DNA of 64,000 nt, taken from Asterias rubens. Lineage: Eukaryota. Positions 49,701 through 61,700 of the stretch are shown here, piece by piece. The stretch spans positions 3,286,001-3,350,000 of the forward strand of contig NC_047062.1 in assembly GCF_902459465.1 (NCBI RefSeq). The letters run 5' to 3'. Under the pieces are notes generated by a model. The model was given only the letters and a program-made list of their open reading frames with translations. It did not search any database and was not told the DNA's origin. The translations under genes were made by a program, and so were the position numbers. Position 1 is the first letter of the stretch. Every line of letters starts with the position of its first letter.

Positions 49701-52700
49701 ACTGAAGCGCCTCTCTCAGCTGGCTTTCCTTGTTTCTGATTTTGGCGACTTCCTGATCAGCTTTGGCCGAGATTTTCCTCTGGGCGTTACTGTTCAGCTG
49801 CTCCAGCCTGCTCTGTGCGTGTTTGGTCAGAGTCTCGGCATCTTGGAAAGACTCTCTGGATCTTTCTGCTTGGGTCATTAAACTCCCAACTTCTGATCTG
49901 CAACAGTCTATAGCACCCGTAATGTCAGTGTAGATGTGGTCCGGCTTGCAGTGGTCAAGCACAGTGCACGTCGTGCATATCAGCATCTCACAGGTGATAC
50001 AGAAGAAGCAGCAGTTCTGATCGCTGTGCTTGCTACACTTTGGATTTTGATCTCTCAGCTTGCTCTTGAAGGTGATCTTGCCGGACTTCAGGTCTGCCAT
50101 GGGTACGATATTATTGTTCTTCAGGGCTATCAAACGCTGGTGAGCATTCTGACACTCAAGGCACAGAAAGTTATCACAGTCCATGCATCTTGAGACGGCG
50201 GTGTTATCCTCTACGCATCCTTGACATCTAATCTTAGACACGTCGCCAGAGATCTTATCCTTGAGGACTGCCTCCTCCACCAGGCCTCTTAAGGTGTTGT
50301 TGTTCATCAGCCCTGTCAAGCCATTCAGAGCTCTCGTTTCGACATCACAAACGGGACAGAGGACTGCTTTGAAACCATCCTCTTTTTTTGACACGCCTTT
50401 TTCCAGACACGGTCTGCAAACAGTGTGAAGACAGTCCAGTATCTTCGGCTCATGGAAGTAATCTTGACAAAGAGGGCATGTGATATCAGTCAAATCATCC
50501 ATATCCTCTGGTAGTGGAACATCCTTTGCTTCTGTGTCTTTAAACTCTTTCTTGACTTGGACAACCTCAAGACATTCTGTAAGAAAAAACAGTTGAATCA
50601 AGATCATCCCAATTTCATAGAGCTGCTTAAAAAAAATATGCTCACCATGTGTGAGGGTTTTTTTGTGGCTTACTTGTGCTAAGCAGAAAGGTTTGTTTAT
50701 AAGCAGTTCAATGAAATTGGGCCCAGTGTCAATACAGATTTTGGCGTAAGCCAAAATCATGCCCTCAAAGTTGAAACAATACCCGATTTTTTTCACGTTA
50801 GGCAAATGCTCCTTTAGGTTCGTCACGTCTTTCAGGTGCCTTCTTCAACTTCCCACTAGCTGGACAAAATTGTTGGGATGGCTTCATGTTTTAGAAAGGA
50901 ATTTTTCTCTTCATGTAAAAATGTGTGGTGTATTCCGGATTCTCAAAGCACGACGGCTCGAAGTGTTCGCTTCACAGTGCTGGGAAAGACGTCAGACCGG
51001 ACCACTTTGCATACTGACCCCATCTTTAGTTGTTTTGCTGCATCAAGCAGCAATACACCTGGTCGACATTGCCGGAAAATGCAAGAAACCAACTTTTTTT
51101 CCGAAACATACAAACTCAAGACTGGGACTTGCATGTACTTGCACGTACGTGTGTTCGATTTTCGATCAAAGCAAAGTCTGCCTCCATTGACATCACAAAA
51201 GGGGTAGGCGGAGTCACCCCAAAACAACTTTATCTATTATTTAAACAATTACTCAAAAAATAATGTTATTGTTCATAAACATATACTCTAATGATTGACG
51301 AAACAAAATTATATTTCCAGGTGACTTTAAGGAAACAAGTGTCAGGACTGGGACTCGAACCCACACTTTGTTGACAAGAAACACTAGAGCTTGATGCTTG
51401 TGTTCTTATTGGGGACAGGTTGACTTTATTGCTAGTAAACTGTGCTTTTTATTTGGCCCTAGTAACTTTTATAAGCCAAGATTTTGAACATGTAATTTGA
51501 AAACTTTAACCATTAGGCAGCGATTTCAACCGATTGATTGATCAGATCATTCACACACATAAAAGATTGGCGCCTGCTTATAAAACCACTTGTGGGAAAC
51601 CCTGAAAAGCAAAAAAACACCACATTTGTACTATTCACATCTAGAAAAAAAAAGAGGGGGAAAAAAGCAAAACTGTCCATATCAAATTGACATTAAAAAA
51701 AGTTGTTTATTCTCACCAGTTGATGCGGAGCTTGTACTGGCAATATCCATCTTGGTAGAATTCAAGTTGTTGCTCTCTTAGACAATCGTCCTGGATTGAA
51801 TGTTTGTGCTTAACATTTGCAGTGCAATAAGTTGATGTGTACGGCCGTTGGCTTGGAGAATTTCTCATGTCTGGATTTCTCACCCCAAAAATTCCCGTTA
51901 TTCATCCATGCATCTACCTCTGTACTGGAACTTTGTTGTGAATTGTGCTATAACATGCCGCTGTAGCTGAACTTTGTGCAACAAGTGACAAGGGTACTAA
52001 AAAATAAACCACTTGACACAATGGAGTCTAGACGGACGCATCCAAGAATTTAACATGTCCATTGTACACGTAACATACAGAGTACACATACACATGTACA
52101 CAAACTGATTGTATCACACTTATAGATTACATTGAGTTCTGACGAGCAATTACGGCCTTCACCTTGAATGGAACCTGGTGTTAAATTGTTCTTTCAGATT
52201 TGAGCCCCGACCTGTATGTGAGGGCCAAAATGTCAATTTCCTAACGTCAACTTTTCTCTGCTACCGTGTTCTCAAGTGAGGAACTTTTACCCTGATTTTT
52301 GTTTAAATCTTGAAAACTTCGGACAAAACTTTTGTTTGTTTGTTTGTTTAAATGCAAGTTATTGATACTTTTTAAAGATTTGTACAGTAATAAATATACA
52401 GGAACTTTTTTGTTGTAAGGGATTTTTTGTTTTATGCAAGTCCCCAGACACACAAGGCCTGAAGGACACTTCAAGGTGTGGGTTACAAATCAACTATTTT
52501 TCCAGGGGCCATTGCCACCTACTCCTGGGGCTGAAACAGGGTTACCCCCTTTACAGTCCATAGGGATGTAGGCTTGGGTATCATCAATCAGAAGCCTGGC
52601 TGGTAGTCACAGAAAGCACTACCTCCCCAACTTAGATGTAATTAAAAAAACAAAAATAGTGTTACTTTATAATTTCCATTATTTAGAAGCTCCCCCATAT

Positions 52701-55700
52701 TTTTATATGATATCTGTACTCTACATTTTCAACTTGAACTGGTGTTTGGTAAGAGTTGGGGGGGGGGTTGTATTGGAGCACCCCTATTTAAAAGTTTGGG
52801 CACACTTCTGCACCCACAATACCCCCTTTCCACTGATGCTTTCATGCAAAGCCTCCAAGCAGTGTACCCGGGGAAACAAGACACTTTGATAACTTTACAG
52901 GTCATTATTCATTGGACTCACTCATTGTGTGAATGTCTGGATTCAGGGGTCAAAACCAGAAGTGAAATCACTTAAGGCAGATCCCATTCTACACCACAAC
53001 GTTAACCTTTGTTTTTGTTTTATTTTAATGTTTTATATTCATTACCAATAGTGTCCACTGCCTTTAAGCCCACGGACCGCAGGTATAGTATGCTTGGTGG
53101 TTACTCTTTAAATTAACAGCAATAAAAACAAACTAACTTGGTTAGATAGCATAAAGTATTTTTAGAATAAAAAAAGAAACTTGTTTGGCGTCCCCGCCCA
53201 CTTCCTGTTGATAGGCCGCCTCCGTTATTTTGTATTTTTTGTATGCACATTAAAAAATGTATATATAAAAAATAAAAATAAAAATAAATAAAAAAATAAA
53301 ATAAAATAAAAAATAAAAAAGGGGGTTATTTTAAATGATCTCAGCTAAAACGATCTGAATGTCTTGTCTGAATGTCTGGTCCAAATGTTTCATTTAAGTT
53401 TTGTGTGTTTGAGCAGTAGAAAAAAAACCCAATGGATATTTAACATTTTAAAAAGAATGGCGGCCATCTTGAAATAAAAAATAAGAAATAAAAAGCCCAT
53501 CCTCCTTCCTTTTTTTGAAAAACCTGGATGCTATACATGTTTCTTTTTTTCACTTGGCCTCCTATGATGGGCAAAATAAGTTAACTGGAAACATACCATT
53601 CAGATTTCATACTACAGGTTTAATTTTACATATCAAAATGTAACACTTTTGGGAGCTAAGATAAATAGATGGATAGACTTTGCTTAGATCATAAAACCTC
53701 TGTTAACAAAAAGGGACACCTTGTACATTCCAACGTCTTTCTGGAAGGGGGTCCTACTACTTGCCGTCAACTCACTTGCGCCGTCAACTCGCTGTCAACT
53801 CCTCCAATATACATTTAAAATCCACAAAAGAAGCATAGAACTGTAAAGTATCAGCTCAAAGAGAATTTGCGTGAGTTTTAGGTCATATTTCGGAATAAAA
53901 ATTGATTTGTTTTTCTCATGAAATTTTTTCTCGAAGCAGCAAAACTGTCGGCAGCCATCTTGCTTTTTCACATTGATTAGTCTTGGCCCAATATGTCAAT
54001 GATTGGTACTTTTTTTTATCAACACAAAGTCGTTTTTCTGAATGAATTTTAACTGAAAATCATGAGAAATATGTAGTTTAGCCCAGACTTAACACATCCA
54101 TGCCCCTTTTATAGATTTGTCATGTAAATTTAATGAGTTGACGTCACGAAAATGAGTTGACGGCGAGTTGACGGCAAGTCGGCGAGTTGACGGCAAGTAG
54201 TAGGACCGCTGGAAGGCAAGAAACAACTCTGGTCAATATGGGAAATTTTACATTTTGTTTGATAATTTCTGGACACATAAATTCAAGAGTTATAAAGGTA
54301 ACATGTGCCACTTTTCTTCACCTTTAAAAAGGAGACAGTACAATTTTTTAAAATAAAATATGATGTTTAATGTTTTCTTCCGTTAAAGCCATCATACACT
54401 TTTGGTATAGAAAAAAATAAGTTATTTTCTCCCGACTCCGATGACCGATTGAGCCTAAATTTTCACAGGTTTGTTATTTTATATATAAGTTGTGATACAC
54501 GATGTGTGGGACTTTGACAACACTGTTTAACGAAAGTGTATAATGGCTTTAAGCTTTGTAGGAAACTTGCCTGCAGGAAGTCCAGGGCCGATTTCACAAA
54601 GATAGTTCTAACTTAGGACTAGTCCTAGGAGTTATTAAAAACATAATGCTGTATTCCTAAGTTAGGACGACTTAGTCGAGATAAGACTAGTCTTAACTCT
54701 TAATGAAATCAGGTGATAGCTCTGTGGCTCTGTTGTTAACGTGATGTCACAGGTTACAAGTGATCTATTGAAATGTGAATGTTAACACTATTTTGAAAGG
54801 ATTACATAAAAAGGCCCATAAATAAGGTACATATAATGTGTGACTTGCTCAAACAAAGTGACTACTGCAAGCAAATTGCCAAACCTTTGGGATTAGATGT
54901 CAATGCAACAATCAGGATATTAGTATTTGCATCCCCTAGTGTACTGTATCATTGAAAGTAATTTTTTTCTTTAAAGGGTCTTTGTACTTTTTGTAGTACA
55001 GAAAACACAATGTCCACAGATTTACACAAAACTTACATCGTTTGAAGAAAATGATAGTAGAAAAATTCCCTGAAAATATTACTTGCTGAGGTGGTGTAGT
55101 TTTTGAGAAACGAGTAAAACAATGTCAAGAAAATAATTTTCTTCTCAGTGATCATGAGACAGAAAATGTTCTACTATCATTATCTTCAAACGGTGTAAGT
55201 TTGATGTAAATCTGTGGACTTTGTGTTTGTGTTACAAAAAGTATCCAAATTGGCAGCTCTGGCTATGGCTACAACTGTTGCTAAGGCTGTTGCTAATGAC
55301 TTCCTATACAACGTATGATGACATGGCGATCTAGCCATAGCCGTAGCCCTAGCCACCATATAAGACATGGCTTTATTCTCACTGTTGTTGGAGTGGGTCA
55401 CATTCTTCTTACTACAAAGCAGCATTTTATTTGTTTTACTATGTTACAAACATGAATTTTTTCCATGTTTTCTGGCAAACTATGAATACATCACATTCTG
55501 TTAAGATACATAGGCTACTAATTTCGTATAATGATCAGGGTTCGCCCCAGGATTTTCAAGACTGTGTGTCATTCTGTACCCAAATTGTGGAAATTTGGCC
55601 CAAGGAAGGATGCTGACTGAAACAAGGTCTTTGGAATGTTTTCTACTTGGTGTTTTTCTTGGTTTGAAATACCCTAATGTGCATTCTGGAGCTTTATTTT

Positions 55701-58700
55701 TGGTTCTATCTATGATGAGTTGTATAAAATTAGTTTTAAAGAAATATACACTGTAGGCCTATATATTTTGTGCGAATCTGTTGACAGTTGCACAGATTAG
55801 CACCCAATGTTTGCTTGTCCACCTGACTTGCTAGCTTGTACATGGGGAGAACCCTGACGATCACCATGGCTTATTGATTACACAGCAACTTCCTAGGATA
55901 TATAATAAAATGCATAGCTATTCTATTAACTTTTCAAAGGTATTAATTCCCTTTCTCGGTAAGGGGTAATGAAGACTTGATTTGATGGAATGCGGAGACC
56001 AATAAAGTTTGTGTGTGAAGTCCTTACATTATAAACACAACTGGTAAGGATTCTTTGAAGTAGTAGATGTGTGGGAGGGTCAAGGGTCAACATTGAACCT
56101 GTTGTTTTGGGGGTCATTTTGTGGTCACGACCTTGACTTTGCATTTAGAAACCTGTATGAAGTTGCTAGCCAAGGGACTGTACTGAGTGGTTTCGAGTGG
56201 TGAATGAAAGTCATCGGTTTCATGTAAAAGCTGCTAAAATAAACAAAGTACATACACTTCGCTCCAAATGGAGGCAAACTTTGAGTGGAGTTATGTAATT
56301 TACAGACTATGAGGTTGTTTTCCCTATTACTGTTAACAAATAGAAAGTTTTGAGCCTTCAAGAAAGACTCTGCTAGGGTAAAAACGTCAGGCCATTAACT
56401 ATTTTTTTGCAAATTGAATTTGAATTTGAATCTTAACACTATGGACATGTAGTGGCATGTAGTAATTGCAATTCACAGCAAACCTCTAACAAAATACTGC
56501 CACAACGTACAGGGTACCACTTTTTTAAGTTGCCACAATTGAGCAGATATTAGTTTCATAATAAGTTTTTAAATATTTTTGTTGCATAATTTCTGTTCAT
56601 GGCATCTTTTAACTCGGAAAGTATTGACCTCATGCACATGATGTCATTTGAGTAGGGTGCCCTCGGATAAAGGTTGCCATTTGCTCATCCAGTGCGCTAT
56701 GCCTGCCTACTTGTAGCTATGTGTTGATCCATGGTATCATTTTTGAGCAAGTTAGGGTAGCGGCTAATTTTGACTACACCAACTTGACTAACCAGAAACC
56801 ATAGAGCACAGGGAGATTGACTATATCGAACCACGTACTGGAGCGTGGTCGACATGGTCAATTCGAGAGCTACGTCATAGTTTATGGTCAAGTCTAGTCA
56901 CTCACCCGAATTTGCTTATTGTTTTACCTCTAAAATGGTGGCCAAAATGATATCCATTGAAAAGCTTAATCGAGTGAGCCATAGTATAAACTCACATTGA
57001 GTGTTTTGTTTGAAAGAACAACAGCTGCATTGATACAAATTCACTTGCAGATCTACATGGTGCAACTGATAATTTGTTGACACTATCTGACTGTCCCCAA
57101 GAAAGAAAAATTTGTGGAATTTAACGCTTGATTGTTTTTTCTTCTTGGAAACTGGAACTGGTTGTCTGTGACTAAATTTCCCCATGTGACATGTCCTTTA
57201 GATCAATAGATGGATTGCAAATGATGTCATTGGCCGCCATCGTTGATGAAATTACTCACATGAAAGGCTATTATTGACTGGGAGTTGTGCGCAGTGCATA
57301 CACTCAAGCACTTTTCCATTGTTTTACATCAAATATGGCGGTGGATGACGCTTTGTGCAATCCATCTATTTTTTCAAGTTTAATTGTGTTAGTGTGTTCT
57401 GGTTCTCATACACGATGGAAGATCTTGACGTTATGGACATCAGCCACGGCCAGGTCACCATCTGGTGTGAATGTGATGCCATAGGGGGCGTTGAGACCTC
57501 TCACGATACAGGCAATGTGCTCTCCTTTAGGGCTGAAGTGGTGAATTTCACCCTTGTGACCTTTGACCCTGGAATGTACTGCAATGTAGATATCCCCGGA
57601 GCTGTCGCAACACACACCGGTTGGCTCGTACTCGGGGTTTTCCTCGGACATGGTATGGATGGCGAAGACTTCCTGGCCCTTGAAGTCACACGCAAGCAGC
57701 ATCCTAGCCTGGAGGTTGGTGTAGATCAAGCGCTCTGTGCTGCCGAAGGTGAGGTGTTTGGAAATCATCTCAGCTGGGACGGTCTTGATGAGAGAGCCGT
57801 CCACATTGTGGAGAGAAATGAGCCTCTTGCCCTTGTCGCCGACGGCAATCTGATTCTTGATATCCACGGCGATGCATCTGAGGTCGCTCTCTGGCTCCTC
57901 TGTCTCTGCATTGCCGTTCTTGATGCCGTTTTTGAGCGTTGATGTGGTCTCACCGGGAATGAACTGGTACATCAGCTTCCTCTGCTTGTTAAACACCTTC
58001 ACCGTGGGGCTGTCCACCACCATGAGCAGGTCATCTCTGTCTGTGGCAATGTCACAGGGTCTCTGGAGTTGCCCATCAGGGTTTTCAGCGACCCCCCGGA
58101 TGCTGCTCTTGTACTGCCCCTTGCAGTCCAAGATAGTGATTTTCCCATTGAAAGGATCGGCGATAGCGAGATCGCTGTTGGAGTACGCAGTAATACCTCT
58201 GGCCTCCATGAACTCACCATCTCCTGTACCCCGCTTTCCAAACTCATCCTTCATCTCCCACTTCTCCTCCAAGAGGAGCTTCCCAAAGTAGCCGTCGTTC
58301 TCAACTTGGCTTTCCTTGAAATCTACAAAAGACAGGCCGTGCTGAAGAACTGGGACTGGCTTCTTGGTGAGATCTTTCACGATGAACAAGATCTTGTGTT
58401 TGAGATCCAGAACCTCAAATGGACTTCCCTGCGTGTTGAAGTCTTCAGCGATGTCCATGGTGTGCTTAGACCACTTGATGTTGGCGACCAGGCTGGCTTG
58501 GAAGGCTTCGATCTCTGCCTTCCTGTCCTGCCCAATCTGCTTGACCTGTTGCTTGAGCTCCATCTCTCTCTGTCTGATCTTTGCCACTTCCTCGTCTGCT
58601 TTCTTGGAGATCTTATTGGTGGCATTGTTGACCATAGCCGTCAGACGCTTCTTGGCATGATCTGTGGAAAGCTTCGCCGCTTCAAACTCATCCTGATGTT

Positions 58701-61700
58701 CTTTTGCTTTGGTCATCTCCTGCTTGATCTCAAGTTGGCAGGTTCCGGAAGCGTCACGGGCGTCCTCGCAGCTGTGCTCAGGAGCTTTGTGGTCTGCCAC
58801 TGCGCACGCCGTGCAGATCAGCATCTGACACGTGATGCAGTAGGTGCAGATATCTTGATTGGAGTGCTTGGCACACTTCGGGATGGTGTCTCGAACCCTA
58901 CTCTTGAAGGAGACCGTTCCGGAGCGGAGGTCGCCCAACGGGGCAATCTTGTGGTTCTTCATCTTGGACAGCCTTTTGTGAGCCCACTGGCAATCCTTGC
59001 AGAGATAATCATCACAGTCCATACACCGTGATATTGCCTCCTCTCCCTCATCACATGCCTCACACTTGATCTTTTTGAGCTGACTGGCGACCAGCTGTTC
59101 CTTAAGCCCTTCCTCCTCAACCAGTGAAATCAACGTTAGGTTGTCTCGTAGGTCCTGGATTCCCGTCTCAGGCAGCGGCGTCTCCCGCTTGCAGAGAGGG
59201 CAGGTGATCTTCAGGCCATTGATCTGCTGGATCTGCTTCTGTTTGTCCAGGCAGTTGCAGCAGAAACTGTGAAGGCAGTCCAGGGTCTTGGGGTCTGTGA
59301 AGCGCTTGCAGCAGATGGTACATTTGAGATGACCTAAGCTGATCTTGTCCAGTATTGTCTTGGCTGTTATCCCGGCCATGGTTAGTGAACTTTCGTCAGC
59401 AATAATGATGAACTGTCAAAGTAAAAACCAAAAATAATCAGTTTAGTTATTTCTTAACCTAAGCATGATAAAATACTGATTTGGGTTCGGACAAAGGAAA
59501 ATTTACCAGAGCTGGGTCTGAACCAATGACCTCTGGGTTACATGCCAGCACTCTGCCAAATGAGCTATCTAGCCCTATGTTGGCGGTCTCCCTATTTTGT
59601 CAATATCTTTGTTCAGGGGGCCAGTCAGAAGCCATATAATCATTAACTGCAATGTAGCCAGGGATCACACCCAGTTTTTGGATACAACCTGACAGCCAGG
59701 GGATCACCTTTAAAAGGAGATGCAACTTTTTATTATTTCAGATATTAAAATAATAAACCACAAGGGAAACTGACTTTTAGTAAATTTGAAATAATTTGGG
59801 GCTGAAGAAAAATATATTAACACAATTTTGTTTTAATAGCTGACATTTCGATCCTTTCTCGGAGGCCGAATTACAACACAACACAACACCGCAAACATGT
59901 AGGCTCTAATGTAAACTGGTTTAAAACCAAAAGGACATGTTATTTGTGTTTCATTACCAATAACGACTTTCATATAACAATAAAACAAGTATAGTAATTA
60001 GATTGACTTTTGTAAAAGCTTAGAGATTTTTGTCCTCTGCTTTTTGCCGTGTAAGAAACATTTTTTATTAAGTATTTTTAAAGACAGTGAACACTATTGG
60101 TAATTGTAAAAGACTAGTCTTCACAGTTGGTGTATCTCGTCATATGCATAAAATAACCAACGTGTGAAAATTTGAGCTCAATCGGTCGTCGAATTTGCGA
60201 GATAATCATGAAAGAAAAAAACACCCTTGTCACCTGAAGTTGTGTGCTTTCTGATGCTTGATTTCGAGACCTCAAATTCTAAACTTGAGGTCTCGAAATC
60301 AAGTTCGTGGAAAATTACTTCTTTCTAAAAAACTATGTCACTTCAGAGGGAGCTGTTTCTCACAATGTTTTATACTATCAACCTATCCCCATTACTCGTA
60401 ATCAAGAAAGGTTTTATGATGATAATTATTTTGAGTAGTTACCAATAGTGTCCACTGCCTTTAAGCAGACTGATACTTACTTATTTATATAATATTTTGT
60501 GGAAGTTGATGACACAATTGATGAAATAATCACACAAGTTTGTAACAATTAGTAATATCAGTATTTTCTAAACCAAAGAGTATGACAAAAAACAAAGCTA
60601 TTTCTGAAGTTGAATCTCAATTTGAGAAAATGTCAATATTTATAACCATTGGAACAGTTTCATTCGATTAGAATAGTTTATGAACATAGAGATGGATAGC
60701 TCATGTTGTAGAGCGTGGACACGTTTCTGTAGGTCGTTGGTTCAAATCCTGCACTTGTAAAAACAAATGTTCAATTCCCAAACCAATCAATTCTGAGTTC
60801 TGAGTAAATGAAAAGTAGGAAACTTCCAAGGTCTATTCTATAAAAACCCAGACATTTTTATTTTATCTTGGTATAATGTGAAATGAATGCCAGTACAATA
60901 ACATAATCGATTGTTTTCCCAAAGTTATTCCAAAAGTCTGTTTTTGTGAAAAACTTTTAATGTACTGATTTAGATGTAAAACCAATGTCATCAACAGAAA
61001 AAAAAAGTTGTTAAAAAACTAACAAATTAGAAAACATCCAAAAGTCTGTTCTGTAATTTACACATAATTATCTGAATGCCAGAATACATTTTTTCGAACA
61101 AATTTACAAAATAGAAAACTTGAAAAAGTCTTTTCTGTAAACTACCTATCCCTTAGTGTTATCTAAATGTCAAACCAATGCCATAACCACATAAGAATAC
61201 ATTCTGTCTGGAAAAATTCCCCAAATAGAAAACTTCCAAAAGTCGGTATTCTAAAACAAACCCTCACCTGCTATCTGAATCTCAAAACACACAACAGAGT
61301 TTATTCCGGGGTGACTCCTGTCTTTAAAGAGAGTCCTTCAAAATAGATCTCGGAGGACAGCCAGGGCAGCGAGCCAACTTGTTCAATCAGGGGCAGCGAG
61401 CAAACTTCAGCGGGGGCAGCGAGCCAACTTGAACCCTGTGTGTGGGCTTCACTCATTCACGAACACAAACACCTGATCAGTACAGCCTGTATAACCTGAT
61501 GATGTGGCGCTCAATATGGAGCCACAGTTAAAGCCGGGTACAATAAAATCCATTCACAGGTCCCTGCCAAAAAAAAAATAAAGGCACAAACAAAAATAAG
61601 CCACACCACTTTTGCATACCTCAAAATCAGTCATTCAATTCGCCGTCATATATGACCCACATTTGAATAGGTCCATGTGATGATTAAATACCATCATGAT

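Larger units (their letters stand above)
21800..52740. repeat. Three tandem segmental duplication units (~21.8-35.6, ~35.6-43.45 and ~43.45-52.74 kb), each with one TRIM-NHL gene
   Basis: Shared non-coding anchors: cacatggtgtt..caccatgcaatg (~21805, 36190, 45365); ataatttccatt..ctctacattttcaacttg (~35595, 43450, 52670); micro-exon flanks. Confidence 0.85.

Noticed and set aside
50577-50826. 83-aa N-terminal extension of TRIM-C (745-aa ORF), and the [10 protein letters not shown] start of B
   Set aside because: This lies upstream of the conserved acceptor, overlaps a MITE-like inverted repeat, and is not conserved in A, where the frame is closed by a TAA.
57355-59031. Plus-strand ORFs (195, 144, 320 aa) over TRIM-D, and similar short ORFs over A-C
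   Set aside because: Antisense shadows of real coding sequence with no recognisable domains. Their recurrence reflects the duplication.
61495-61540. Hammerhead or C/D snoRNA at CTGATGA followed by a hairpin
   Set aside because: There is no GAAA after the stem, and no convincing box C/D pair with a terminal stem.
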